64,000 bases of DNA from Botryllus schlosseri (lineage: Eukaryota), in NCBI GenBank assembly GCA_051294905.1, contig CM119383.1:11718001-11782000 (forward strand), given 5' to 3'. Position 1 is the first letter of the stretch. The number at the start of each line of letters is the position of its first letter. Below are positions 1 through 15,000 of the stretch, one piece after another. A program made the position numbers and the translations under genes. A model generated the notes under the pieces. It worked only from the letters and a program-made list of their open reading frames with translations, was not told where the DNA came from and did not search any database.

Positions 1-3000
1 CAAAAAGGCGACGAGATAGTCCTTGTTAATAATCGCGACGTCAGTCAGTTGACGATAAAAGAGGTCGCGGCATTGATGGATTGCCATAAGCACCTGGTGC
101 TGACGATACGCTCTGGTGCTAACCATTCAAACAATAACAATATCTCTGACTCCGATCAGGAAGACAGTATCGCGCTAGTGCAAAGAGTCTGCCACAATAT
201 ATTCGAAGAAAATTTAAACACGCCCGATAGTACAAGCGAATCTGTCGCATCCAACAAAACTGTCCGCGCGCACCCCATTCCGAGTATTTACGATAACAAT
301 ATCCCGGCTTTGCTAGACCCGATATTGTCAAAACTTAATGATAAGGCTAGTGGTAGTGAAAAGCAAGCGCTCGAAACTGAATATAACGAAGCCTTGCATA
401 TTTTACTGGACGCGATCAAAAGCTTTGAAAATCCACGTAAGACGCCGCAATCAATTATGTCTGCTGTCGCAGAAAACACTGGTTCTGATTTATGGGGTGC
501 CGCGAGTCCAGAGAACTCGCAAGAGCACAGCCCGTCCGGTCTGACCGACACTGCCAATCGTGGCACCTTATCGACTACGCCGCACTTCCCAAGCTCGCTA
601 GATTTGCCGGATATTCCCATATTCCCAGTGCTTCAGTCTGAGGTTTCGATTAGCGAAGAAATTCGAGTAGACGGAATGTCACAAAAGTGTAAGTCCTACC
701 GGAGGTCCCACTCGTTTTCTACGTATCCGAGCGAAAGCACACATTCGAATAGTAAGTTCACAGCCCATACGCCGTCGCTAAGAGAAAATAGGCATCGGTT
801 TGTTGGGAAATTGTCAAGGTCCGGTTCGCGACGAACTTCCGACAATAAAATCGATGAAATAGAATGCCGGGACGGCGGCAAATCTGCGTCGCAGTCTATG
901 CAATCTGATCTCGATAGCCAACGCCCAACCACCCCCGGGCCTCATGCGGCAGCACAGTCAGAGCGCTGCTCCGGAAGAGGTGATGGAACTACCGAGAATA
1001 TTTCCGAATGTGAAAACACTGACGTAAACACCGGGAGCGTATCCAGCCTTGCGATCGAAAATCAGATCAAACGCCAAAATGGTTCGCAACAAGATCTGAA
1101 GACCGCATCACGAAGCCCAGATGAAAACAGTGCAAATAACTTGTTTAAAATCGAGCATTCCTCGGGCATCACTCCAAATACGACTGTGGAGACCATGACT
1201 TCGACCCCAGGTAAGATTATATATTTATTACCCGATTGCGTGTGTAATGTTGTAGAAATTTTTACTCGCAGATGTTTTGATCGTTAGCTTATTACTGAAG
1301 GCAGGTGTTATTGAAATCTGTGCCTCGATACAGTCGATAGTACTGTGAAATGTGTTTCTGTTACAGTTCATTGCCTGTGGACCTTTTACCAATACCTTCT
1401 TATTTAGCAGATTGGTTGTGATTACATTCTGAATGTAAAATCGCAGTTCAGTATCTTGTATCATGAATTTCGTATTTGCCATATGTGTAGTCTGGCCTTA
1501 ATTTCAACTCAATGATACTCAAACCTCGTTAGTGAAACGTACCAAACAGAAATTGATAGCATAGCAAACGATAGTAGACATGATTTATTGTTAGTGCAAT
1601 ATAGATACCGATGTGCTTCATGTCACTATTGCCTTCATGGCACCATTTTCTTTTGTAGGCTTTAAAGGAAAACTAAAATGATCAATTTCTTAGTTTTTGG
1701 ACCCGTAGATAAAAGATTGTATCATTTTACAACCGTGTAGGTGACAGATCGGAAAGTAGCCTACGTTGAGCGCAACGTAATTTGCAGTAACTGCTGTCTC
1801 TTGGAAAGTCACTTTCATACTGCAATTACAGTAAATTGCTGTGCTTTTACAGGCCAAATTGTAGCGGCATTTTTGCTAACACCCTACAGTATTTACATTT
1901 GATGCTATCAAATAAGTCATGATTGGATTGTCGCGAACGCGCGGGATTCATAGCATGACATTTTTGTTCCGGTACTTGAAATATTTGCTGCGGGTTGGTC
2001 TATAACCGGCTACTAGGCTAAAAAGACTTGTTTTGTTTCGTAAATTATAGGGATCATGCTACATTCCTCATGTTAAGCCCATGTTATTCGTTGGCTAGTC
2101 AAAACATACATCATTATTAATAGAATTATATTTGAGTTAATATCATATGCGAAACAATTGAAATACGATAACTTATCATTATCTCATATTTTGTTTGGTC
2201 AGCTGCTCTGTAGACTTGGAAACAATACTACCGAGTAGTTACATTGGACTAGTATCAGATTACAGAGAGGTAATTTAGGAAATAATGAATCTGGCCTATA
2301 CCAACTGCTGGGATATATTCTCCTTTGCGATTGTTGCAGTTGGTCTTACTGAACGAATAATGGGCTGTTTGTATTAGTTCAAAAATTGAGTATGGATTAA
2401 TTTATTAATGAAACTGCAAATCAAAGAGTGTTTATTATTGACTTTATTAGAGATATGATAGGAAATACATTCACACATTTTACGAATTTAACTCAATATA
2501 GAATTTGTAGCCGACTCATTCACATTTATTTTCCTTGTGGCATTTAGACAATGCCAATGGCATATATCCGTGACGTTGTCATGTTCTATATCGCGATTGT
2601 ATGATAAATGTTAAGGTATGCTGTGCTTGAAAGTGGTAGGTGTTGTGAAGTATGTTTCCTCTTGTTTATACAAGCAACGTTGCGTTTGTTTCTTTTATCA
2701 TCCCACCGCCATAGCTTAGAGGTTTATCCTTATCTCCTGTAAACGAGGTTAAAATAGCCTTCAGCATTGTGAATTTTCGGCGTAGCCTCCGCTCATTAGA
2801 TGAAATTTGTGGAAAAACATCATGGCTCTGATCATGCATTAATAGGCGCATCACAATAGCATGAAAGCGCTCGGCTGAATGAGCTAGCTATTTCAAATAT
2901 TCTCTCTTCAAGCAATTCTTTACGGCCGTGTAAACATTTTGGAAACTGCTTCGAGTTTGCTGTGTAATCTCGGGACATTGTGCACCATATAAAACGTTGT

Positions 3001-6000
3001 GTTTTTGGACTGGCTGACTTAACGACATTTCTCTGGCATTCCAATTCGGTATACATCACACAGTCTACTTGCATAGTTTTATGCTACAATGTCAACACAT
3101 AAAGGTCCAGGAGGCTAAGTTAGTAATTCTATATCAGTTTTAATTGAACTTCCATGCATATTATAAAAGATTTCTAGCATAATCTCTATTTGTCTTTTTG
3201 GACATGCTCACGATGATGGTAGTCATTAATGATAATTGGTTTTACAATTTTCGGTCATCATACTTTGAAATCTACACTCTGGCAAGGCTGCAAATCTTTC
3301 TACATTAGTAAGCCGTAGGCCTATATATTTGATTTCCAATCGTTTTGGATAAAGACTTGTGTGCCCTGGAGGTTTGTGTGAAAGTATCACTGGCGCCATT
3401 CTGTATGTCATTTGTGAGTGTAAATTCGGAACACTAATACAAGAGATATTCATCTTTATCTATCACCTTGATTTAGTTTGCTGTTCTCGCCTTCAATACT
3501 CTGTATTGAGGTCAGATTGACCACTATTTAATAACACGTTCTGGATTGAGAGTTTGAGGTCTGCAATTGGTTCATTTATGATGATATGTGTGATTCAGAT
3601 GTAAGTAAGTTCGATAATTCGTAAAAAGTATAAAGCTCGAGATAATTCAAGTGGTTTTGACTTGTGTCTTTTCATTTTATCGCAACCTGTGGTGTTTTGA
3701 ATTGCTGAAATTAGTAATAAACCGAACTGAACTCTATTTTCATTTAAAATGATTTTGCGTATCGATCACAGGACCAAAAACTATCTGGGACCGTATCGGA
3801 TCACCACCCAGCCTGCGGAAGAAGGCCAGGAAGACCTTCAAAAGCTTTGCAAAGAAAAAGCCCGGAAGGTGACACGATTTTGTATCGACACCCGCATGAC
3901 ATGAAAGAAACCGGGCGGCAGTTTCGTTACCGGGCAATAGACCTTTAGGAATCTTCGTCTAATGTGCGCGTTTCGCAATTTCAAATCTCTGACGACTCGC
4001 GCTAGATTACGCGAGCGTCAATTCGGTGTTATCTCGTCTGGAATTTCACCGTTATTGTCTTCTTGACGGTATCACGGTATTAAGAAACGTCCTGGTGGTG
4101 TTATCGCCCGCGATCGTGGTTTATGAAGGAAGAGTTAGGTTTTACTGGTACGTAGACGAAAAATACGCATTATTGATGATTAATGATAGTACCAGCGGCG
4201 CAGTACTGCTAGTGTGAGAATGTTGTGGCTCCACGGTTGCCAATGAATTCGGCACTTGGCGGCCCATAACCCTAACCTAATCCCTACCTCAAATACATTA
4301 ATACACACTTATCAAGTGCGAAGTGCCGAATTCACGAATTGCCGTATATCACAACTCAAGCTCATATTCAGTGAAACATTCATTTTCAAATTTATCAATA
4401 CGATATTGATGCATCGCTTTCATAACAATAATAGTTACCTGCATAATGCACATGCAAGTTGTATCCAGAGATGGTCTGTAATGAAGTACTTATTGAGAGT
4501 ACTCAAATAGGTTTTTTCTTCCAATTAAGGAGAAATTTCCGACATTAACTCTCCTTCTACTTGAGTAGCAATGCTGACTACTTTGACCACCTCCCGCATA
4601 CGACATCACCGCTGTCTGCGTCTCGAACTACAGTAGGGACCGGTGGTCAAGGGTCACATACCATCTTCTATCACTACTTTACTACTGCTCAGTTTTTTAG
4701 ACAAAACTAGGCTACTAGAGTACTGAGGAGGACCACGACCGCCTCTGGTTGTGTTGATAATAATAATAATCCGATTGTATATTCGCTGTAGCTCGGCAGA
4801 CTGGGATTCTATTGACTCTACTCAAGACACGAGCGTACGGGAGGAATCGTCCGTAGCCGAGCAATACACCTCTGAATCGGCAGAGGTATTTCAATGCCCT
4901 CTTTTCTAATCTGTATTCTTGTGTCGAAAATGCCGATTCATCTTTCAGGCTCACCGACTAAGCTCGTATTTCATTCCGCGTAATGGTCATCCCGGCCACA
5001 CGGGTAAAGCGCTCGACTTGAGCGAGTTCAAGAAGCACAAGCAGCCCCCGGGCAACATCGGAAAGTATTCCTTCAGCTCTTCGCAGAACCCCATCAAAGG
5101 TGAGCAACGCACGGACTGGTAGTTGTTATGTTATATTCAAATTCTTGTCGCCATAGCAAAAATTGTGATTTATTCGGTGGTATTTCGACCATACCTCATT
5201 GCACTCTATGACAATGTTATGCGTTGATTACTATTTCACAGATGCTCTGAGTTGATTGCTACTTCACTATGTCATTTTCACTACATATTATTGCTACATA
5301 TTTCGTATGTTGCGACATGACCAACTGCTGTTTACGAACCAATATAGTAAGGAAACTATGATTTTCGTTAATAAATTAACTTTTAGTGCTAAGAAGTGCA
5401 TAATTTCAGTGCTCGAACAGGTCACCTCTCGCCATCCGACTTGAATCATTAGAATTTATACTCGGTTCAGATTCGAGTACTCGAGTACAGAGGAGGTGTC
5501 TGTAACGCAGAGTTGGTCAGTAAATAAGTGAGTTTTGTAGTATCGGATGTACAGAGGTGTTGTCAGTAATGATGTGCCACTACTTTTCTGAAATACTCGA
5601 GTGGATTTTGTCTGCTTTGATTACAGTTTCTACATCGCAACAAACAATATATTCATTCATCTTTTGTTTCTCGACTGAAACCTGCAGTTTTTGATACCCA
5701 ACTAGGCATTTACATATTTTGTGCTTTTGAGTTTTTGCCAATCAAAAGGAAGGCCTATCTGGACAGACGCATATCGCTTTCATGAGCGAAATTGCAACAC
5801 AAGCCAGGCGATCCAGATTTGTTATGACGGTACTGATTTTAACTGCGCAGAATGCGACCTACTGTCATCACCATAAGTCATTCTGCGTTTGCCGTGGAGG
5901 TGCACGTCTTGCTGTCTTGTCACAGCACAGTCGATTTAGAAACAGAAGTCAGCTACACCTCGTACCAATCGTCTTCTTGTTATTACTTGAATACTTTGTC

Positions 6001-9000
6001 TTTGTGCATCATTGGCTACTTCTACTGTAGGTAGTTTTAGTATGGTCTGAAAATTGTCATTGCTGCTTGTAATCGAGCAAGAAATTTACGGCAATACTTG
6101 CACTTATCTAGTACCTACATTGGCTGCATTACCCGGCTCTACGAGTGTCTGAACTTGACTTGTGGCGAAAATTCCTAGGTCGCTTTCTAGCGAATCGGAA
6201 TAAATTCATTACGACACGATCTTTTCCTGGAAATTAACACACAATTATTGCTATTATGCACTTGAAGAATCTTGTATAAAATGCATTATCCGCTCCGGTG
6301 TGATAATATCCGGTGATGAGGAAAGCGCAATTTTTGTGGATTATTGCGCAAGTTTGACGCTAAGCATTCGTTCATACCTTACATTCTTGAACAATGAATC
6401 ACGGACGTTTCGAAGCTATCAGTGGCTGCATAGTGATAATAGGGATGATCGTTTACTGTATCGTGGTTAACATGATACCTGTACCACGAGAGCATTGTTT
6501 TGTCTTGTTTCCATTATGGGGAATGTTGATTACTCACTCATGTTTCAAACTCTTATCTTATCTCTCCGCGAGGCGTATGATGGATGTAACATTTATAATT
6601 TCCTGTTGTGTTATCGCCCGCTGAGTTGATCTTGCCTAATCCTTCATGACGCTTTCACTAAGACAGGAGATTTATCGATATGGAAAAGGATATCGTCTGG
6701 GTCTTAGTTCACTGGTAAATGATAAGGAAGCGTGCGGTTGTCTGAGCGAAATGTCATTTTTTATCATAACTTGAGCGATATTCGGTAGCTCTTACCTGGT
6801 TTAACACCGGGCGTATGTTTTTACAGGATCACTGGTGATTACGCTGTATGGGGCGCGCGATTTGAAGAAGGTATTAAGCGGGGTTTATTGTATTTGCCAA
6901 ATTGATGATGACTTGAAGCATCGCATCAAAACGTCAATGAGACATTGTAATGGGTCTGTTGCGTGGAACGAATGCTATGAGGTAAGGAAACGGAAACTCG
7001 GGTACATGCCGGTGCTATGCTCGGATGCTAATTGGAACAACTCCATTTCCTTTCTGGATTTTATTACTCTTTTATTGAAATGTGAAAGGCTTTATCATGT
7101 GTGAAAATTTTTTGCGTCCGCAAAGTTTTATCAGCCTGCATCCTGTTATGCTGATAGCTAAGTAGTAAAGAATACTTTTACCAGATGCGGCCAAAAACAA
7201 AATGCTTCCACTTTTTCAAGGTACTCAAGTAGGTTTTGCATAGCGCTGATTAATGGGTACGATTTTAAACTGGTTCCACTCGTACTGGAACAGTTTCTTA
7301 GACAAAGCTATATCTTTATTTTCAACTTATGTTTTACGTAGTTTTGACATGGCTTTAAAATTGCAACTTGTGATTTAGTAGAAATTTGCATCATAACTTC
7401 TACTACTTGAGTGGAAATGCCGACTCCTTTGGCCGACCCTGGTTATTACTACATATTTTCTTGCGATATTACAAGCAACACGCTTCTATGTCATTCTTCG
7501 ATCCGAAGATATTGCTATTGTAAGACTTGTTTTCATTGTGAGACAAGTATTCAAATCGGAGCACTTTGTCTGGCGGCGTGAACTCGGTGTGAAGTTCCGG
7601 CGTGAAAAGTAAATAGACACAGCTATTGTGGTCGTCTTAACTAATCTTATCCCTGTCTAAGTACATAGGAATTGACTGAAGTCTATTTCTGCCAAAAATT
7701 TGTCTCTTTTCTTGGTTTGCTGTAGAATTGAAACTTGAAAATCAAGAAAAACAGGTGAATTTGATTTGATTGATGTTAAGTTATACCATATTATAACCGG
7801 GGCCCCATTCTTGGAAATGTGTGGCATTTAGGTTATCCATGTACTATCATTGGTTTATTAGCAATTTTATCAGTTCAATACACCACAAAAAATGCGATAC
7901 AATGAAAAGACAGGAAGATCATCGAAGCGACTAGGAGTAAGTAGTCTATGGAGTCAGACACCCAGCTTGGCCTAGGCGATGTAAAGAGTACTGTACTAGT
8001 AGAATTAATCTTGTTGTCTAAAAGTGAAAAATTATCCGATAAGAGGATTGAAAATTATGTAGCCTTCGGTATATATTCATTCTCATTCTGCAAGGATCTT
8101 CAATCACCCCTGATTTGAGATGCAACTCTATCCTAGTAGACAGTTTTTCAAGATGCTTCATTTATTATCCACAGTACTGAATTGTCGTTACTATTTATGT
8201 AGTTTCTACTAATAGACAATGTTTTGATCAAGTTTTAATTATATGCTCTCTTAAATCTAAATTGTACACAATATTTGAATTTTTGCAATGGTGAATAAAT
8301 TCTCTTTCTCTTAGGCCAAATTGGAAGAGGCAAACGACCTGTACCTGAGCCTCTACGCCTGGGAGTCGGAAAACCAGCACAAAGAATTGGGCAAAGCCCG
8401 CTTGCCGATATCAGAACTCATGAGCGATCAGCTAGGCGTCGCGTTGAGGCTTGCCGTGAAACTGGAACCACGCGGGACCATTTACGTCAAGGTTTGTCGG
8501 TCGCTTCCCATTTTCCATTTCAAATCTTCAGCGTCTCGATTTTGTGCAGTTGAGTCTGGAGGACTCGTCAAAACTGGAAGGGCCCCGGGTTTTCGGCGCC
8601 GACTTGCAGAGCATTCTGGACCGGGAAAAGTCTGGCTTGCCGATACCCCTGCTGGTACGAGACTGTATCAGGGAGGTGGAACAACGCGGAATGGCGGTAA
8701 GTAGGACTTCAGTGACGAGAGCATGAAAAACTTTATATCAATAGAACAAGATCTATGGTCAACACATGAAATTGCACTGCGTGTTATCCTAATTAGGATG
8801 AGAGTTTAAACTGTTCTGTAAATATAGAATAAGATCTATGGCTGACGCTTGAAATGCCATGCAAAGCAGCCAAATTTAATTTTCAACAGTTTCATAGTAT
8901 ACTATGTAATATTAGTATACACATAAATTTATATACTCTCGGTGACCTCCGGAATTTGTTACCCCAGCTCTGTGTTACCTTTTTTCCGTGCGGCAAGTTG

Positions 9001-12000
9001 CTTACATCACATTTCTTTGTGAGGAAGGATTTCGAGCCCACTTGTTAACTGTTCAGTAGGCTTTGATGTCTGTTTGTGTTTGTAGTTTGCAGTAGAGCAC
9101 TCCTTGCATCAGCCCCCTGTGCCGCATATTTCACACTCTCTGTTTGGTTACTCTTAAATCCTCCCAGATAAAAGTTAGCTCGTTGATGCATGATGCAGAT
9201 TACTTTTAACTCGCTTCCGTTATTGCTACTGCCCTGCTGCGTGTCGGAGTATACTTCCAGTAATCTGTGAAGGATAACAGTGCGGAAATAATGGAATTGG
9301 TACCAATTTTACTGCATAGCTTCTACTTCCCGCTAACCATCTATCAATCAATCATCCAATGAAGCCTTAAGTCTGCCACAGAAAGCTCTAACGGAATGCT
9401 TGAAAGATCATGGCATCAGTTTAGTGTTCATGAAATATTTCAAACCTAGTCGGCAGTATTATGCGTGGTTTGCAATTGTCAATCACTCTAGTCTCGCTAG
9501 AGTGCTATACTCCTTTGCTTTGCAATCTTTGACCTGTGTGATCAGGATATCATTGTCAACTCTAATAATCTACGTTCAACAGCTGTATGTTTCGTCTACT
9601 GGCATTATCGATAAAGAGGTTTGCAATTTATTGAACATAATAGAAGTTCAGGCATATTTTCGCGAGTCATCCTGACAGTTATATATTTGATTTTCTTTCT
9701 GCAACATATTACAAATTATGGGTTCACTTAGATTAACTACAGCTGTCTGTTTTATTTTAGATTGTCGGCATTTACCGGCTATGCGGTTCTGCGATTGCAA
9801 AGCGTGAATTACGTGCGAAATACGAAATGGATTCCACAAAGGTCGATTTATGCCCAGATCAATATCCAGACGTGAATGTCATCACTGGTCAGCTGTCTTC
9901 TATTGTGATTCTCGTATTACCATCCTTGTTATTTTTAGAGTTCAGTGATGAACAATTACTACTTTGGTTGTAATCCCTACCGCCGCCTGTTTGATTACGA
10001 GTTTGAACCACTTCGTTAACTTTCGTTTGATTATAATTATAATCCAGCTATAAGCTAGTTTCGCATTAAGTCAATAAGCGCACAGCGTTAGGCCGTTAGC
10101 ACAGCGCTAATTAAAGTCTAGACCTCGTCTGGTTTTTCTGCATCGTGAATACATAGCAAACTTGTGCTTGATAACATCTGACAATTCTGACGTTCTAGCA
10201 TTGGGTTTGGTTCGTAATTTGAGATGGCTATTTGAAGTTAAGCTGGCTTAAACTGGGTTTGTAAATCCGCGTTTATTGTTTTGTAAGTATCTCAATTTCC
10301 CGGTAATCCCGGGGTAAGACCAGTGTGATGTATCGAGTCATATTAGAATGCGCAGCGTGATGTTATCTATTTAAAAATTCCGTTCTCGTTTTAGGGATAC
10401 TGAAAGACTTTCTCCGAGAATTGCCACAGCCTCTTCTACCGCCAGAGTTATTGGAGGCCGTTACTCAGTGCATGGGCGATTACGCGGGTAATCTATTTTT
10501 TATTTGTGAATCTGCGGTTTAGCTGCCTGCCAAATGGCTATGTGAACAATTGCATACCTTGCAGTTTTTTGCCCATGAATCACTTGCTGCGTCTGACTTG
10601 TTGGAAAACTAGATGTGGTGATGTCGGGGCGTGTGTGGAATATTATTCCGAGACATTCCATTACAATTATCATGTACACTTGTGCAGTCGACACTCCATA
10701 ACCTTTCTTGCCAAGCTGCAGTTATTTTGCTTTTGAGTAGCGAAATGGCAAGTCCGTAGCTAACTAAAATTTACCTAATGTGGTAGTTGAATTTTTATGA
10801 GTGACCTTTTGTGGTGTACTGCCTTACGCGGTACTGATTCATGGTCAAAGTATGGTTGCTCGTTGAATAATTTTAGGAAACAAAAATAGCCAAAATTCCT
10901 GTAGTTCTGAGGGCATGGCACAAGTTTTACGGGGCTGTATTCTTTAAAACCCAGAAATCAGCTCAATTTTCTCTACTTACTTGCCCGAGTTCCGTGATTC
11001 TGTCAACTAGACCATTGCACTTATGCATTTTCACTGCTTTCGTCTTGAGAGTAAACTATAAAAAGACACGCCTTGGACTTTCTATTCTGAAGTCATCCTA
11101 TAAAGAATAAAAGATCTTAATTACCTCACGATACAGCAACGGATTATAGTACGCTGTACCTCGCCCGAAAAACAATTTTTCTCCACGAGAACAGCAAAAA
11201 TAGCTCATTACTGTACTTAAGCTTCAACACAAAACTTTACCCCACAACGAGGTAATAAAGGAATCAAAATTTCTGCATGCTTGGTGTGATGTCTGTATAC
11301 CGTGCGAACAAATCACGCCTCAGTGCGGTCATGCAACCGAGATTGGCTTTGCGATTTCTGAGACTATCCCAAATCCAATCTTTATTGCATGCTTTATTGC
11401 TGTCCGAATCAATGCACTTATGCACTTCTTAAGCCATTCATATCGTAACTCGTAGTTATTTTGGTTTATCTTGGAACTCAAATTGGTTTTTCTCAAGCGA
11501 CTTTCATTGATTACTGCATCGAGTTGGCCAGTAACGAAAGTACTCTTACTACTTTTTCAGTGTACTAGAGACTTTGCATATCCGTACCACTCGCTCGCAT
11601 GTTTTCAGACAACTTTCAAATCTATTTTGCATTTTCTGAAGCAAATCACAAATTGTATACTCATAATTTCACCAATGAAATTGTCGCTTAGATGTAGCTG
11701 TAAATGAATATATTTTCCGAAAGTGCATTCATGGTGTTTTCAGTCATATATGTTGAAAATTTTTTAATCCTAATTTCTTTAATTTCGAGAGTTGCCGGGT
11801 GCTGAAAATGCACGATGACCGCCCCCTCCCATGCCACATATTCACTTTTTATTTTCCACAGAGCTAGAATTTAGGACACTGCTTCTACCGCAGTAGCCAT
11901 TCCGATTACTTTGACCGAGACGGCCACTGCCGCTATAAATTTGCAATATTTGATGGTAATCGAGAATTAGAGTCACATCACAATTTTCCATTTCAGACGC

Positions 12001-15000
12001 GAGCGGCGACTCTAATCTGCTATCGACCTTTGACGTCGCCACAAACGGTCACGACACGGAAACCTCGGCCAAGCGCCATTCCAGCGTCATGCTGAGACTC
12101 GTCGAGATCGAGAAACGCGTGTCGCTGCCGCCCGCCGAAAAGGCGACGCTGTACGCGTTGCTGAACCATCTGAAACGGATATCGGCCAATCACGAGAGGA
12201 ACAAGATGACGTGCCAGAATCTGGCGGTTTGCTTTGGGCCGGTGTTGCTGGGTTCTGTGAACTCTCCGCCTGCCAAAGGGTGAGTTAAACCTCGATTGGC
12301 TGCATGTTAGTGGCAAGGACATTTCTGTGTGGTCGTGATCAACCCATCCACAGTATCACCACAAGTAGGCTACAATGGAATAAGCATGATTGAAAAATAC
12401 CGAAATATCGTTAACGTAGCAGAACTCTGGCATCATTTTCGTCGCACACACTTTAGCTTTGATTTCAAAGCGCTGGTCCTGGCCCTTGGCCACTACAGTT
12501 GGGTTGGCTGTTTTCTGTGTTGCGTTGTGTTGTGTTGTGTTTTTGTGTTGTGTTGTTCTGTGTTGTGTTGTTCTTGGAATACCGGGAGGGGAAGCTAATG
12601 TATACGAAGTGAGGTGTGTGGTTTTTCTTGTCGTTTATAAGGAAAATGAGCGTATTTATTCTGACAGGATTAAGGTCACGGCGTCGGCCGTCTGGCGGTC
12701 TCACGGCCATTGACACTTCATTTTACAAGCAAAAAATTGTGACGGTAACGGCAGTAAATAGCATTTTCTTCTATCTTGTGAGAATTTGTTGTAAAAACCT
12801 GTACTTTATTATTCTCCCGTAAAATTGACGTGTTGTTTGAACGATAGGAGAGAACGGTGTCTCTGTCACTTTTCGATATTTGAGCTGGGCACGGTGATTA
12901 GAGAACTCGGATCTCAGTCGAGTATGGATTGTAAGAATTCCAGTTTAGTAGGGGGGCTGATTTTTTTAATATTGAAAAAATACGCGTTCACACCGAGATT
13001 AATATTTCATTGACGAAAAATATAGTTTCATTACTTCATTATATACGACAGAACCTCGAGACCTCAATTATACGTATCTCAGCAACTAAAAATGAAACGG
13101 GTTGCACGAGACTAGGAATGTTCGAATATTATGTTAGGGGCAACCTCTGCGGTTATTACATCGTAATAGGTGGTGCTGGAATACTCTGAGTTTAATACAC
13201 CCAGACCTGGTTGATATCGGAAGCGTTGTTTTGAACTGACGAATAATCTCATCTTTTTCGATTGCAGCTTGGATTTGAACGCGGCGATCGGATTCAAGCA
13301 ACACATACAAGTGCTCAACTTCATGGTGACCAATTGGCCGGCCGAACCTGTCCGGTTGTCTGATTTTGAGACGGCGTCCTCCACGGCGAACAAGACGGGC
13401 GAGAATTCCGAATCAGGTACGTACGTGACCCTTGACTTCAGGTTATAGAGTAGTGGAAATGGCTACTTGAGTAGAAGTACGCGTAATGCCGTAAATTTCT
13501 ACTCAGTTACGAGTAGAATTTGCAATTTTTGACTCATGTCAAAACTACTCTTAGCAGAAATATTAATAATATATTGGAGCAGTATTCAAGTAAATAGTCT
13601 TAAAGAATGGATTTGTTCGAGGTGACATATTCTTTTAGTATTAAATCAAAGGGGGATACTTTCAAAATATCGACATGCTTCTTTGCTACGATGCAAAATG
13701 ACCGAGGACACTGCTAATAGAGCAATTTTCAGAAATATACTCTGTTTTCACGATACAGGGGCTTGTTTCGCCCGGTTGGTATTGATGAACAATGTTCTTT
13801 CTAATTCTCTACTAGTTGCCGATGATTACCCCTGACGAGTGTCAGCTGGAAATATGAATATACTATTCAATTGGATATTGGAGTTCTGTAGCTCTCCGGC
13901 TGGTATGATAATTTAATATTTTCATTCACTAAAGGGATACAAGCCACTTCAATCGCTTCTTTTTACTTTGCAAATGCTCGAGTGTAAAATATCAGTAGTT
14001 TTTGTGAAAACCTCTTCAGTAGAAGCGGAAGCAGTCGGAAAAGCTACTTGAATACTGTAGTGACCTTTCACGGAATGCATAGGCAAATTTGCTCCATAGC
14101 TGTCTAGGCAAGATATGCACTTCCAAGCACAGACGTAAGCAAATGAGGTGGAAAGAGAATGAGCAGAGCGAAGTAAACTGATTACAGCGATCATTGCCTA
14201 GACACCAAGTGTCTTGAGCAACCACCACAAAATATGACGAAGAAGGAGAGGTACTTCATTACTGACCACTTGTTTGTTGTTTTCTGGCAGGTCATGCGTC
14301 TGCGTCGCATAGGATCAGCACAGTCAGCCTTACCAGGAGGATAAGCTGGTTTCCGCAAGGTATGGACGACACGGACGATACCGACGGCGAGATGTTGGAC
14401 GTGGAACCGTTTTATCACGGCGATAACTTTGTGTTTCGACATTCGCAACGCAGCGGGTCGCTGGTGAGTTTTGGTGGTTTTTGCTGTGTCACAGTCCTTT
14501 GATGTGCGTCATGTTTGTAGAGGGGCTTTTACGAGCGGTCTTATTGGGAAGGAATTTAGTTTGGCGCGTCGTTAAAAGTGCTTGCTTGGTGACTTTTTCT
14601 AGGCGATGCTGGGTGTCGTGTCGTAGGTTTTCCGACTACTTCCACTGAACAGGTTTCGGCGAAAAACTGCTTGCATTATACACTATGGCATTTGAAACAA
14701 TTTGTACTTTTTGATTCGTCTCGGGTGCTTATTTGCATTGCTTGCTCGAGCGGTTATGATTCTAGTTTGTAAACAAAACTATTCCTAGAAAACTTGACTT
14801 TTTTATCAAAAATTAAGTGAGTTGTTGTCGTATTGGTCAAAAGACTTTCTGTTAAATTTTCACTAATATTAGTAACCCCTGTCATGTTGCACAGCTGGGG
14901 TTTTCGTGAAATTGATTCAAAGATATCCCTACTCTAATTTTAACTTTACTACGCAATCTATAGCCTACTTTACATCCGGAATGTGAAAAATAAGTGGCTT

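Noticed and set aside
6180-6470. About 95 stop-free codons that could splice in phase to the SYDE C2 exon
   Set aside because: There is no ATG or good acceptor, the GTTAAC donor is weak, and the gene model is complete without it.
12329-12716. Cys/Val-rich and Asn/Thr-rich ORFs
   Set aside because: They are translations of the (TGTGT)n microsatellite.
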